Source: Octopus bimaculoides
Lineage: Eukaryota
Direction of reading: 5' to 3'
NCBI RefSeq assembly: GCF_001194135.2
Contig: NC_068992.1
Span: forward strand, 12,224,388 to 12,288,387
Length of the DNA: 64,000 bases
Shown one piece after another: positions 1 through 11,817 of this stretch. The position numbers were made by a program, and so were the translations under genes. A model generated the notes under the pieces. It did not search any database. It saw nothing but the letters and a program-made list of their open reading frames with translations, and was not told the DNA's origin. Every line of letters starts with the position of its first letter. Position 1 is the stretch's first letter.

Positions 1-44
<44 letters not shown>
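1..44. repeat. (AG)n microsatellite
   Basis: Pure AG dinucleotide run at the window start. Confidence 0.95.
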
Positions 45-48
<4 letters not shown>

Positions 49-1200
49 CCGTTCGGTGAGTTTCAATTATTGTAACCTTTGCGAACTGATCTTTCTAAAC
101 TGACACCAGAAAACTACATTTCGTTCGTCACACCTCTGTGGTCTGAGGTGTTACAGCAAATTTAATCTTGACACATTCGTTCATGTTCCTTGATCGGTTT
201 TGGCGGAAAAGAGAAGAATTTTTATCTGAGTGTTGAAAAAAGAACAGATCCAAGAAGTGTATTTATATCGTGTGTGCATGTGTGTGCACAAGTGTGCGTC
301 AGTATACACGCATACACACACACAAACACACACAGACACACACATACACACACGTAAGCACAAACGCACACTCACATATATATCGGCACACTCATACTTC
401 ATATCGGTGGACAAACAATATGTGTGGATGTGTGATGAATAATATAACATGGAGGTGGCGTTAGTGGTGCAGAACGCGTTTAGTGTGAATTTGGGGGTCA
501 TTGCTGCATGTGAGAAATGTGTCTTGTTCCGAGGTAGAAACAAGTGATGCCATTTACTTGGAATGTCCTCCTCTCGTAAATTACTTAACACACACGCGCG
601 CGTGCACGCACACACACTCACCCAAGTACACATACAAACACACACACACGCACACATTCATATGCNNNNNNNNNNTATATATTACTGTGTAATTCTGTAA
701 TGAATATGACATATATTTCTATAGTATCATTATTATGAATGAAAAGACAAAGTCCGTATATCTTAAAGTAATCTTGGCCTCTACTAACAAGTTTTATCAG
801 TAAATCCTATATCTATTTTTCTATTCCCTTATGCGTTTTAGCTGAAAGGCCGGGGTCAAGCTGTTGTGCAAGAAATTCATTATGTCAACGTCTGCGTATT
901 TTGTTTAAGTTAAGGAACGGTAATTGTGTAAATTTTGTAAATATGATTATAAGATTTAACCGTGTATATTGACTTTAGAAAATAATCTAATAGCAGGGCA
1001 TATAAACTCCGATGGGAAAAAAATGGGCATTTGTATATAGAGTATTTTCTTTTTCAATATATGCTGAAAGCTTCTAATCATAATTGTAAATGAGTTGATA
1101 CGTAAGTGTGCTTTTGGGCTCCATAAGTAGTTGAGTATAAAAGTTTCGAGTGTATATTTGCATAAATACATGTATGTATGTATGTATGTATATAATTTAT

Positions 1201-1320
1201 CGACTCAGAACAGATGGAAGATAAAGCCGACCTCGGAGGAATTTGGACTCAGAACACAAAGACGGACGAAATACCGCTAAGCATTTCCCCTGGCGTGCTA
1301 ACGATTCTGGCAGCTCAATT
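1201..1320 (-). mobile_element. SINE family C, 5' half
   Basis: The minus strand reads GAGCTGCCAGAATCGTTAGCACGCCAG...CTGAGTCCAAATTCCTCCGAGGTCGGCTTT. This matches the head and centre of the other family C copies (19359, 32851, 53630). Confidence 0.8.
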
Positions 1321-1975
1321 CCTTAATAATAATAATAATAATTATAATAATAATAATAATAATAATATATACATTTATATATATACATTTATATATATAT
1401 ATATATATATATATNNNNNNNNNNNNNNNNNNNNNNNNNNNNNNNNNNNNNNNNNNNNNNNNNNNNNNNNNNNNNNNNNNNNNNNNNNNNNNNNNNNNNN
1501 NNNNNNNNNNNNNNNNNNNNNNNNNNNNNNNNNNNNNNNNNNNNNNNNNNNNNNNNNNNNNNNNNNNNNNNNNNNNNNNNNNNNNNNNNNNNNNNNNNNN
1601 NNNNNNNNNNNNNNNNNNNNNNNNNNNNNNNNNNNNNNNNNNNNNNNNNNNNNNNNNNNNNNNNNNNNNNNNNNNNNNNNNNNNNNNNNNNNNNNNNNNN
1701 NNNNNNNNNNNNNNNNNNNNNNNNNNNNNNNNNNNNNNNNNNNNNNNNNNNNNNNNNNNNNNNNNNNNNNNNNNNNNNNNNNNNNNNNNNNNNNNNNNNN
1801 NNNNNNNNNNNNNNNNNNNNNNNNNNNNNNNNNNNNNNNNNNNNNNNNNNNNNNNNNNNNNNNNNNNNNNNNNNNNNNNNNNNNNNNNNNNNNNNNNNNN
1901 NNNNNNNNNNNNNNNNNNNNNNNNNNNNNNNNNNNNNNNNNNNNNNNNNNNNNNNNNNNNNNNNNNNNNNNNNNN

Positions 1976-2040
1976 TCCGGTTTCATGGCACTTTGGGCAC
2001 GGGCGTTGTACTATACCCTCGGGCCAATCAAAGCCTTGGG
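1976..2040 (+). mobile_element. SINE family A fragment
   Basis: CTTTGGGCACGGGCGTTGTACTATACCCTCGGGCCAATCAAAGCCTTG matches the segment after the head in the full copy at 16615. Confidence 0.7.
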
Positions 2041-2460
2041 AATGCACACACACACACACACATATATACATACATACATACATATATACATACACATAGA
2101 TACAATTATGTATATATGCATGTATGCATGCATATATGTATGTATCTATGTGTGTGCGCGTTTGCGTGTGTGCTTATTAAATAGGTCATGTTAGTGACAC
2201 CTATGTGTGAATCAAATTTAAGATAACGGTATTTTTTAAAATGTAACGTTGCCACCGCTCAGTCGGTGGAATATTAAACTGTCAATTTGACGAAATTAGC
2301 AGATCAATGGCCGTATTGTTCAATAATTAATTGTAATTAATTTCAAAGATGAACTGCAGATACGCAACAAAGCAATCGAGCATTCGTCACTGTTATACAA
2401 GATTATGTACTCCGCAAGCGTATATATATCTACATACATACATACATACATACATACATT

Positions 2461-2499
<39 letters not shown>

Positions 2500-2509
2500 N
2501 NNNNNNNNN

Positions 2510-2556
<47 letters not shown>

Positions 2557-3102
2557 GTGTATGTAGTTACATGAACAGTGCTGAAATGTTCCTGGCTTTG
2601 AGTAAAAGAAATACACAGGAGGATCAGTTAGTTATGACTTTATTCAACATGTTCTCTTATCAGATTCACACACTTATTTCAGCAGTACGTCAGTTTTTCT
2701 AAGCCCCGTAAAAGCACTCGGAAGGTTAGCTCTCTATCTATGCATTTCGCAATAGCCTTAGATACAGGAACCATTCACCACCCACTCGAATATTTGCTTC
2801 CGATAATATATGGAACTGATCAACTGATGATTCATCTTTTCGACAGTTAAGCGTATCTTAATATGGAGGCTTCTGCCCAGGAAGGAAAAAAATATTTCTA
2901 GCCTGGAAGCAAAGGATTTGAAAATATGAACTGGGAGTATGGAGTTGGACACCTTGATAACTTCACTACCACACTTTTATAATCTTCTACCGAAGAAATC
3001 GAAACATGTCATTGCATATTAATTAACATGAAAATGTAAGTCAATTCTATAGGCTGTCAGAGAGTGAGTGAGTGAGTAAGTGAGTAAGGGAGGAGAGAGA
3101 GA

Positions 3103-3145
<43 letters not shown>

Positions 3146-3935
3146 NNNNNNNNNNNNNNNNNNNNNNNNNNNNNNNNNNNNNNNNNNNNNNNNNNNNNNN
3201 NNNNNNNNNNNNNNNNNNNNNNNNNNNNNNNNNNNNNNNNNNNNNNNNNNNNNNNNNNNNNNNNNNNNNNNNNNNNNNNNNNNNNNNNNNNNNNNNNNNN
3301 NNNNNNNNNNNNNNNNNNNNNNNNNNNNNNNNNNNNNNNNNNNNNNNNNNNNNNNNNNNNNNNNNNNNNNNNNNNNNNNNNNNNNNNNNNNNNNNNNNNN
3401 NNNNNNNNNNNNNNNNNNNNNNNNNNNNNNNNNNNNNNNNNNNNNNNNNNNNNNNNNNNNNNNNNNNNNNNNNNNNNNNNNNNNNNNNNNNNNNNNNNNN
3501 NNNNNNNNNNNNNNNNNNNNNNNNNNNNNNNNNNNNNNNNNNNNNNNNNNNNACAAGTGATGCCATTTACTTGGAATGTCCTCCTCTCGTAAATTACTTA
3601 ACACACACGCGCGCGTGCACGCACACACACTCACCCAAGTACACATACAAACACACACACACGCACACATTCATATGCATGTCTCCCTATTCTATCTAGC
3701 TTCTGGTTGTCTATTCATCTCTCTCTCTCTCTCTCTCTCACTTTCTCTCTCTCCTTCTTTCCCTCTCTTTCTCTCTCTCTGTTTCTCTCTCTCTGTTTCT
3801 CTCTCTGTTTCTCTTTCTCTCTCTATATCTCTATCTCTTTCTCTCTCTCCCTATCCCTCTCTCTCTCTCTCACTATCTATCTATCTCTCTCTATATATAT
3901 ACGTACATATATATATATATATATATTATATTTAT

Positions 3936-4263
3936 GTGTTTCAGCCAAGTGGCGGCGGTCATGCTGGTGCACCACCGTGATTTTCACGTTCCTTGCATGG
4001 CTCTTCTCCCCCACCTGACATGGTCCAATCAAGAGTTTTGATGGCACATCTGATGTATAAGAGAATTTGACACAGCTGCCCTAAACTACGTCTCATTACG
4101 AGCCATTGGTTCGTCTGGTATCGTGGAGAGGAAAGCGTCAAGTTTTGTCTTGAAGACCTCCGCATCCATGTCTTGCATGTCTCTCAAATGTTTTGGCAGG
4201 GCATTGAAGAGCTGAGGTCCTCTGAAACCGAGGCTACTGCAGTATCTCGTTCTTATGTGAGAT
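3936..4263 (-). mobile_element. CR1-like LINE, ORF2 C-terminus plus 3' UTR (relic, cut by a gap)
   Basis: The minus frame gives RYCSSLGFRGPQLFNALPKHLRDMQDMDAEVFKTKLDAFLSTIPDEP, a CR1-clade C-terminal pattern that is also seen at 56320. It ends in the tail GGTGGTGCACCAGCATGACC...GGCTGAAACAC. Confidence 0.85.
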
Positions 4264-5239
4264 NNNNNNNNNNNNNNNNNNNNNNNNNNNNNNNNNNNNN
4301 NNNNNNNNNNNNNNNNNNNNNNNNNNNNNNNNNNNNNNNNNNNNNNNNNNNNNNNNNNNNNNNNNNNNNNNNNNNNNNNNNNNNNNNNNNNNNNNNNNNN
4401 NNNNNNNNNNNNNNNNNNNNNNNNNNNNNNNNNNNNNNNNNNNNNNNNNNNNNNNNNNNNNNNNNNNNNNNNNNNNNNNNNNNNNNNNNNNNNNNNNNNN
4501 NNNNNNNNNNNNNNNNNNNNNNNNNNNNNNNNNNNNNNNNNNNNNNNNNNNNNNNNNNNNNNNNNNNNNNNNNNNNNNNNNNNNNNNNNNNNNNNNNNNN
4601 NNNNNNNNNNNNNNNNNNNNNNNNNNNNNNNNNNNNNNNNNNNNNNNNNNNNNNNNNNNNNNNNNNNNNNNNNNNNNNNNNNNNNNNNNNNNNNNNNNNN
4701 NNNNNNNNNNNNNNNNNNNNNNNNNNNNNNNNNNNNNNNNNNNNNNNNNNNNNNNNNNNNNNNNNNNNNNNNNNNNNNNNNNNNNNNNNNNNNNNNNNNN
4801 NNNNNNNNNNNNNNNNNNNNNNNNNNNNNNNNNNNNNNNNNNNNNNNNNNNNNNNNNNNNNNNNNNNNNNNNNNNNNNNNNNNNNNNNNNNNNNNNNNNN
4901 NNNNNNNNNNNNNNNNNNNNNNNNNNNNNNNNNNNNNNNNNNNNNNNNNNNNNNNNNNNNNNNNNNNNNNNNNNNNNNNNNNNNNNNNNNNNNNNNNNNN
5001 NNNNNNNNNNNNNNNNNNNNNNNNNNNNNNNNNNNNNNNNNNNNNNNNNNNNNNNNNNNNNNNNNATATATATATATATATATATATACACAAGCAACTA
5101 AGCACAAAGATGCAAAACAAGCTGAAGAAAACAGTACTCGAATACTTAAGGTATAGTGATATGCTTTTATTGAAGCAGCACACTCTTCATAAATCACACA
5201 CACACAGGCACACACACATAGACACACACACACACAATG

Positions 5240-5280
<41 letters not shown>

Positions 5281-5299
5281 CGTGTGTGTGTTTGTCATT

Positions 5300-5505
5300 G
5301 TGTCTGTGTTTGTGTCCCACCATTGCTTGACAGTGGTTTTGTTGTCTTTACGTCAACGTAAAATAGCTGCACGGCAAATGAGACCAATAGAATTAATACC
5401 AAGTTTTTGAACAATAAAAGTACAGGGTCTGCTTCATTCGACTAAAAAGTTTTCAAGGCGGTGCCCCAGCATGGCCGCAGTCTAATGACTGAAACAACTA
5501 AGAGC
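5300..5505 (+). mobile_element. SINE family A, 3' half
   Basis: Ends AAGGCGGTGCCCCAGCATGGCCGCAGTCTAATGACTGAAACAAC, as in the copy at 16615-17021. Confidence 0.85.
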
Positions 5506-5517
5506 TATATATATATA

Positions 5518-5781
5518 CTCTTTACTCTTTTACTTGTTTCAGTCATTTGACTGCGGCCATGCTGGAGCACCGCCTTTAGTCGAGCAAATCGACCCCAGGA
5601 CTTATTCTTTGGCAGCCTAGTACTTATTCTATCGGTCTATTTTGCCGAACCGCTAAGTTACGGGGACGTAAACACACCAGCGTCGGTTGTCAAACGATGT
5701 TGGTGGGGGGGAGACAAACACAGACACACAAACATATACACACACATACATATATACGAAGGGCTTCTTTCAGTTTGCGTC
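5518..5781 (-). mobile_element. SINE family A, 3' two-thirds (head lost in a gap)
   Basis: Reverse complement of the family A body and tail, including the internal CA/TA microsatellite. Confidence 0.9.
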
Positions 5782-6561
5782 NNNNNNNNNNNNNNNNNNN
5801 NNNNNNNNNNNNNNNNNNNNNNNNNNNNNNNNNNNNNNNNNNNNNNNNNNNNNNNNNNNNNNNNNNNNNNNNNNNNNNNNNNNNNNNNNNNNNNNNNNNN
5901 NNNNNNNNNNNNNNNNNNNNNNNNNNNNNNNNNNNNNNNNNNNNNNNNNNNNNNNNNNNNNNNNNNNNNNNNNNNNNNNNNNNNNNNNNNNNNNNNNNNN
6001 NNNNNNNNNNNNNNNNNNNNNNNNNNNNNNNNNNNNNNNNNNNNNNNNNNNNNNNNNNNNNNNNNNNNNNNNNNNNNNNNNNNNNNNNNNNNNNNNNNNN
6101 NNNNNNNNNNNNNNNNNNNNNNNNNNNNNNNNNNNNNNNNNNNNNNNNNNNNNNNNNNNNNNNNNNNNNNNNNNNNNNNNNNNNNNNNNNNNNNNNNNNN
6201 NNNNNNNNNNNNNNTATATATATATATATACATAGATATATATATATAGATATATATATATATATATCGATATAGATATGTGTGTATGTGTGTAACTATA
6301 TAAGCATATATGTGCATGTATGTATGTATGTATGTATATGAATGTATGAGAAGGATGGTATGGGGTAATAGTAAGTAGACCGGGAGATGAAGAAACATTG
6401 AAACTGCAATATTCTTGAAATATTTCCTGAAAAAGTTTTTGAAAACGATGATGTTTTTGCTGCAAATATACGATTTTGGTGTTAGATTGCAATCTTTAAC
6501 ACCCATGAGGATGAGAATCGAATTATTTTCATCGAAAGCGAATGATGTTGATATGCAATAA

Positions 6562-6743
6562 CCATCATCATCATCATCATCATCGTCATCTTTGTCACCA
6601 TCATCGTCATCATCATCATCATCATCACCAGCAACATCTTTATCGTCCTCCTCATCATCATCATAATCATCATCTTCAACATCATTATCCTCATTGTGAT
6701 AGTCGCCATCGTCGATTTTGTCATCATTGTCGTCGTCAGGTTC

Positions 6744-6779
<36 letters not shown>

Positions 6780-6780
6780 C
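6562..6780. repeat. Degenerate (CAT/CGT)n tract followed by (TTTC)n
   Basis: Visible simple repeats. They are the source of the poly-Asp, poly-His and poly-Met pseudo-ORFs. Confidence 0.9.
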
Positions 6781-8177
6781 ATTCTGTCACCCCTCCCACT
6801 TCCCATATCATCATTATCACCATCCTTAATAAAATAGTCACCTTTATCATTGACAACAACTTCCTGACCATCACTGATATAAAAAAAAACAACAAAACAA
6901 CAGCAGCAAACGAAAGACCACAAACATCGGAACAACATGCGCAATAAATAACACACACACATACACGCACGGACACATACACACACACGCATGCGCGCAC
7001 ACACACACACAACAAACAACGAAACAAACAACAACCAAATTTTAACGTTACGCACGACTGTAATGGCGAATAACGAAGCAAGCAAGCAAATAACTAAGTA
7101 ACAAATAAATAATCGAAAGTTTGAAAAATATAGTTAAAAAGCAAAAAAAAAGAAGAAACCCAAAAGTAAGAAGAAAAAAAAAATGCATATGATCGTTTGC
7201 TGATCATTTTCTGGCTTCATAATCTGTGAAATAAAACAACTTCGTTTTTCACTAAGTTGAAATGATAATTTTAATACTTGAATCAATTGCCATAGATCTT
7301 AACTTTAAAAATTCAATGTAAAGTGTCATTAATGTTGAACACATACATACATACTCACAGATATATACACACATGCGCAACACGCACCCACCACACATGG
7401 ACACATACAGTAACACAGACGCAAAGACATATATACGTACATATGCATGTGTGTGTGTATGTATATATGTGTATGAATGTATATATATATATATNNNNNN
7501 NNNNNNNNNNNNNNNNNNNNNNNNNNNNNNNNNNNNNNNNNNNNNNNNNNNNNNNNNNNNNNNNNNNNNNNNNNNNNNNNNNNNNNNNNNNNNNNNNNNN
7601 NNNNNNNNNNNNNNNNNNNNNNNNNNNNNNNNNNNNNNNNNNNNNNNNNNNNNNNNNNNNNNNNNNNNNNNNNNNNNNNNNNNNNNNNNNNNNNNNNNNN
7701 NNNNNNNNNNNNNNNNNNNNNNNNNNNNNNNNNNNNNNNNNNNNNNNNNNNNNNNNNNNNNNNNNNNNNNNNNNNNNNNNNNNNNNNNNNNNNNNNNNNN
7801 NNNNNNNNNNNNNNNNNNNNNNNNNNNNNNNNNNNNNNNNNNNNNNNNNNNNNNNNNNNNNNNNNNNNNNNNNNNNNNNNNNNNNNNNNNNNNNNNNNNN
7901 NNNNNNNNNNNNNNNNNNNNNNNNNNNNNNNNNNNNNNNNNNNNNNNNNNNNNNNNNNNNNNNNNNNNNNNNNNNNNNNNNNNNNNNNNNNNNNNNNNNN
8001 NNNNNNNNNNNNNNNNNNNNNNNNNNNNNNNNNNNNNNNNNNNNNNNNNNNNNNNNNNNNNNNNNNNNNNNNNNNNNNNNNNNNNNNNNNNNNNNNNNNN
8101 NNNNNNNNNNNNNNNNNNNNNNNNNNNNNNNNNNNNNNNNNNNNNNNNNNNNNNNNNNNNNNNNNNNNNNNNNNNNN

Positions 8178-8290
8178 GAAATATGTGAGATATATAAAAT
8201 ATATAAAAATATGTGGAAAAATATATAAAAATATATGGAAAAATATATAAAAGTATGTGGAAAAAATATATAAATATCTGTAAATGAATA
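8178..8290. repeat. Imperfect AT-rich minisatellite (~22-24 bp unit, AAATATATAAAAATATGTGGAA-like)
   Basis: About four degenerate copies in tandem, directly after a gap. Confidence 0.7.
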
Positions 8291-8963
8291 AACGAAAAGT
8301 ACGAAAAAAAAAAGAAAAGAAATATCTACAATATTTTTGGAAGGGTTTCACAGGAATGAAATAACAATAAAAACGTTTAGATAAATTTTTAAAGCGGGAG
8401 AAAAAAGAAAGAAGAATGAAAAAAAAAAAAAAAGAAAAACTCGAGTGAGCAAATGACAAAACTTTAAGCAAAGCAGAATTAAACTTATACGGAAATCTTA
8501 ATCAGACTTAATGAATAAATCTATGTTAATGAAATTTATTGAAATTTACTTAAGATGTTCCATACACATACACACACGCATGCGTGTGTGTATGTGTGTA
8601 CTATAAATAAGGATGTGTGTATGTATGAGTTTAATATCTTGGCAGGGATTTACATTTTTAAAAAAAGCAAAAAAAGTGTGTGAAGAGTATAAATGTAACG
8701 TTGAGGATGGCAGTATTGATAAGCGGTTCTAATTAAGTTTTCACATTTGAAGTGGAAACAAGATTACAAATCGAAACACGGAAAAAGGAGGTGTAGCACC
8801 TGTATACCAAAGTGCAGGTGAATGTGGATGCAATGCAGGAATGGCAGTAAATATAAAATAAACAAATATATACTTTTCACTATCTTAGTAGTGCACTTTC
8901 AAAAACCTACACGAAAATCATTCATATATCTATATACGCCCCTATATATATATATATATATAT

Positions 8964-9154
8964 GGGAGAATTTACGAAAACAACAACAACAGACGAGGAC
9001 AGGTGGTGTAAACAACAAAACGATGTATTAGTTTAACGCTCGGGAATACAGAAAGTCTTTAACGTTTTGAGCTACGCTCTTCAACAGAAAGAATACGAGA
9101 AAACAAGGAGAAAAACACGGAGAAAAAAAATTGAATGGTTTGGTCAGCGATCTA
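8964..9154 (-). mobile_element. Interspersed repeat, probably a Penelope-like terminal fragment
   Basis: Shares GAATTTAC...AAACAACAAA...TGTATTAGTTT.ACGCTCGGGAA with the units at 20948 and 21092. It carries a minimal hammerhead-like fold at 9057-9091. The Penelope assignment is an inference. Confidence 0.55.
9057..9091 (-). ncRNA. Degenerate minimal type I hammerhead-like motif
   Basis: The minus strand reads CTTT-CTGTTGA-A-GAGC-GTA-GCTC-AAAA-CG-TT-AAAG. Helix I is CTTT/AAAG, helix II is GAGC/GCTC, and helix III is the palindrome ACGT. There are two core substitutions. Confidence 0.45.
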
Positions 9155-9221
9155 TGTATGTATGTATGTATAATAACACATGAACATATATACTTACACA
9201 TACACATACAAATATATAGTA

Positions 9222-9428
9222 CAGGATGAATCAACAGCCCGATATAAGATATAGACGAGTACAGCGAAATCAAAGTCCTTCATACACCAAATGGGCCAAC
9301 AGCTGGAACAAAGACACATACAGGGGTGGTGATGTGAAACACCCCAGACTGAGGAAATCAGAAAAACCACGGTGGTGCTCCAGTATGACCGTAGCCGCAT
9401 GGCTGAAACGAATGAAAGAGTTAAAGAG
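9222..9428 (+). mobile_element. CR1-like LINE, 5'-truncated 3' end
   Basis: The frame from 9222, QDESTARYKI*TSTAKSKSFIHQM, aligns with PDEPMARNET*FRAAVSNSLIHQM of the 3936 copy. The tail is GGTGGTGCTCCAGTATGACC...GGCTGAAACGAATGAAAGAGTTAAAGAG. Confidence 0.75.
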
Positions 9429-9485
9429 TATATATATATGTATGTGTGTGTGTGCGCGCGTGCGTTTGAGTACGTCTATCTATCC

Positions 9486-9593
<108 letters not shown>

Positions 9594-9866
9594 ATATATA
9601 TTAATAGTAATAGTATGACAACAAAAGAATGGATGAGACATCGGTATTATGTAAAGAGAGGAATTGATCTGTAAGTAATATGTGAGAATTATTCGGTTGC
9701 CATAATAAAACTCCGAGTTTCGGATGTCGGGGCGGAAATCTGCTGCGGCATCTCGTCAATTATTAGGACAATCAAAAAATGCTATGAAAATGACCGTTAA
9801 ACAAATGGAAATTACTATGTAAATGAACACACATACATTCATTTATATATATATATGCACACGCAC

Positions 9867-10028
9867 GAAGGGCTTCTTTTCAGTTTCTGTCTATCAGGTG
9901 CACTCTCAAGGCTTTGTACGGCCCACTGCTGTGGTAAAAGGCACTTGCCCAAGGTGTCACAGGGAGAGAAAAAACCCGGAACCATGTGGTTGGAAATAAG
10001 CCTCTTATCACATGATCAGGCCTGCGCT
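9867..10028 (-). mobile_element. SINE family A, 5' half
   Basis: Reverse complement of the tRNA-like head and CACCTTGGGCAAGTG segment, ending at the internal microsatellite. Confidence 0.8.
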
Positions 10029-10185
10029 ATACATATGTGTTTGTGGTTGCGCGCGCGTGTGTTTGTGTGTGTGTGTATGTGTGTATGTGTGTGTGTATGT
10101 GTGTTTGTGTGTATGTGTATGTGTGTGTATTTCATCGAGAATAAATATAAGATTTGTATGATCACACTTTCGTACTTATATTCCC

Positions 10186-10220
<35 letters not shown>

Positions 10221-11776
10221 GCTTTGTTTTACTGTTTATTCCTATCTTTCTGCATCTTCGCATACTTTCGTATTTAATGCATCCGTACATCTACACACGA
10301 CTCTCAAATACAGTTGTTATCGTACCGGTAAAAATCGATATCCCAATCTGATGTCCAAGGTCAGAGTGTCATACACAGTTATCTACTGAATGGATCTATT
10401 CAAGACCCATTTTACATCCCGCTTTACAATAATCAATTTTATTAATCAAACAATGACCGAAAATCGAAGCTGTTTATGTTTTCTACAAAACCAATAATAA
10501 CTAAAGTCATGATAACAAATGAATCTCTAAAGGAAAACAGGCAAAAACAAAATACAAGGAAAATAAAACCAAATATATTTGTCAAATATATGAATTATCT
10601 TTCCTGTTCATTCTTAAAAATATTTGTATGTATTTTAAATTTCATGTATTTTCTGTTGAGCTCTTTGACTTTGAGTACATTATCGCAATATGAATTTGAA
10701 ATTAACATTATTTCAGAAAGGAAAAATTATCGTTATTTAATAGAATCGTTATATATTCGTTAACAGTACATATTTGTCAGCTAATATTCCTTCGATGTAT
10801 CGTTTGTCAAGTTCGCTTAAGTTTAGCTCATAGTGTTGTTATATTCAGTTTCATGAAATAATCGCCAGAGATGCTATACCGCAGGTAAAAAAAAATTGTT
10901 GGAGCATCTTAAAGAGGCTGCAAACGCGACCACTTGACGGAGACCGAAACTTTCAAGTTGTTGACATCCATTCTGTATCTTCATAAGTTATGCCGGGGAT
11001 ACAAACATTTCTCATTTATCTCCATATTCACTTCACCTGAAATGGGTGACGAGTAGTGAACTATTTCCAGGCTTCCAACTGCAGTGTCTTGTTGACCTCA
11101 AACCCCTTTCTACTGATCTCAGGAGTTATTTATATGTATGCATGTATACATACATACGTTTGTAAGTAAGTACGCATACACGCGCGAATATATGTAATTT
11201 GTAAGATCGAAAGATCTAAGTGTAAAAATCTACATCTCTCTGAATCCCTTGATTCATTTTGATAAAAAAATATCTAATTTTGCTTGCCTCGGAGATGTAG
11301 ATACTCAGATATTCGCATTGCAAATCATGTCAGTTTTGGGAGGACGCCTTGTATACGCGCGCGTGCATGCACACACACACACACACACANNNNNNNNNNN
11401 NNNNNNNNNNNNNNNNNNNNNNNNNNNNNNNNNNNNNNNNNNNNNNNNNNNNNNNNNNNNNNNNNNNNNNNNNNNNNNNNNNNNNNNNNNNNNNNNNNNN
11501 NNNNNNNNNNNNNNNNNNNNNNNNNNNNNNNNNNNNNNNNNNNNNNNNNNNNNNNNNNNNNNNNNNNNNNNNNNNNNNNNNNNNNNNNNNNNNNNNNNNN
11601 NNNNNNNNNNNNNNNNNNNNNNNNNNNNNNNNNNNNNNNNNNNNNNNNNNNNNNNNNNNNNNNNNNNNNNNNNNNNNNNNNNNNNNNNNNNNNNNNNNNN
11701 NNNNNNNNNNNNNNNNNNNNNNNNNNNNNNNNNNNNNNNNNNNNNNNNNNNNNNNNNNNNNNNNNNNNNNNNNNNN

Positions 11777-11817
<41 letters not shown>

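Noticed and set aside
6482-7085. Acidic Asp-rich or poly-His protein
   Set aside because: It is a translation of a decayed (CAT)n microsatellite, and all frames give homopolymers.
1214-8471. Long ORFs in the track (200-475 aa), and similar ones at 34112, 41493 and 54747
   Set aside because: They are open only because they run through N-gaps and dinucleotide repeats.
10849-10884. 36-nt micro-exon FHEIIARDAIPQ (AG...CAG|GTAAAA)
   Set aside because: Too short to distinguish from chance in 64 kb, and no homology was recognised.
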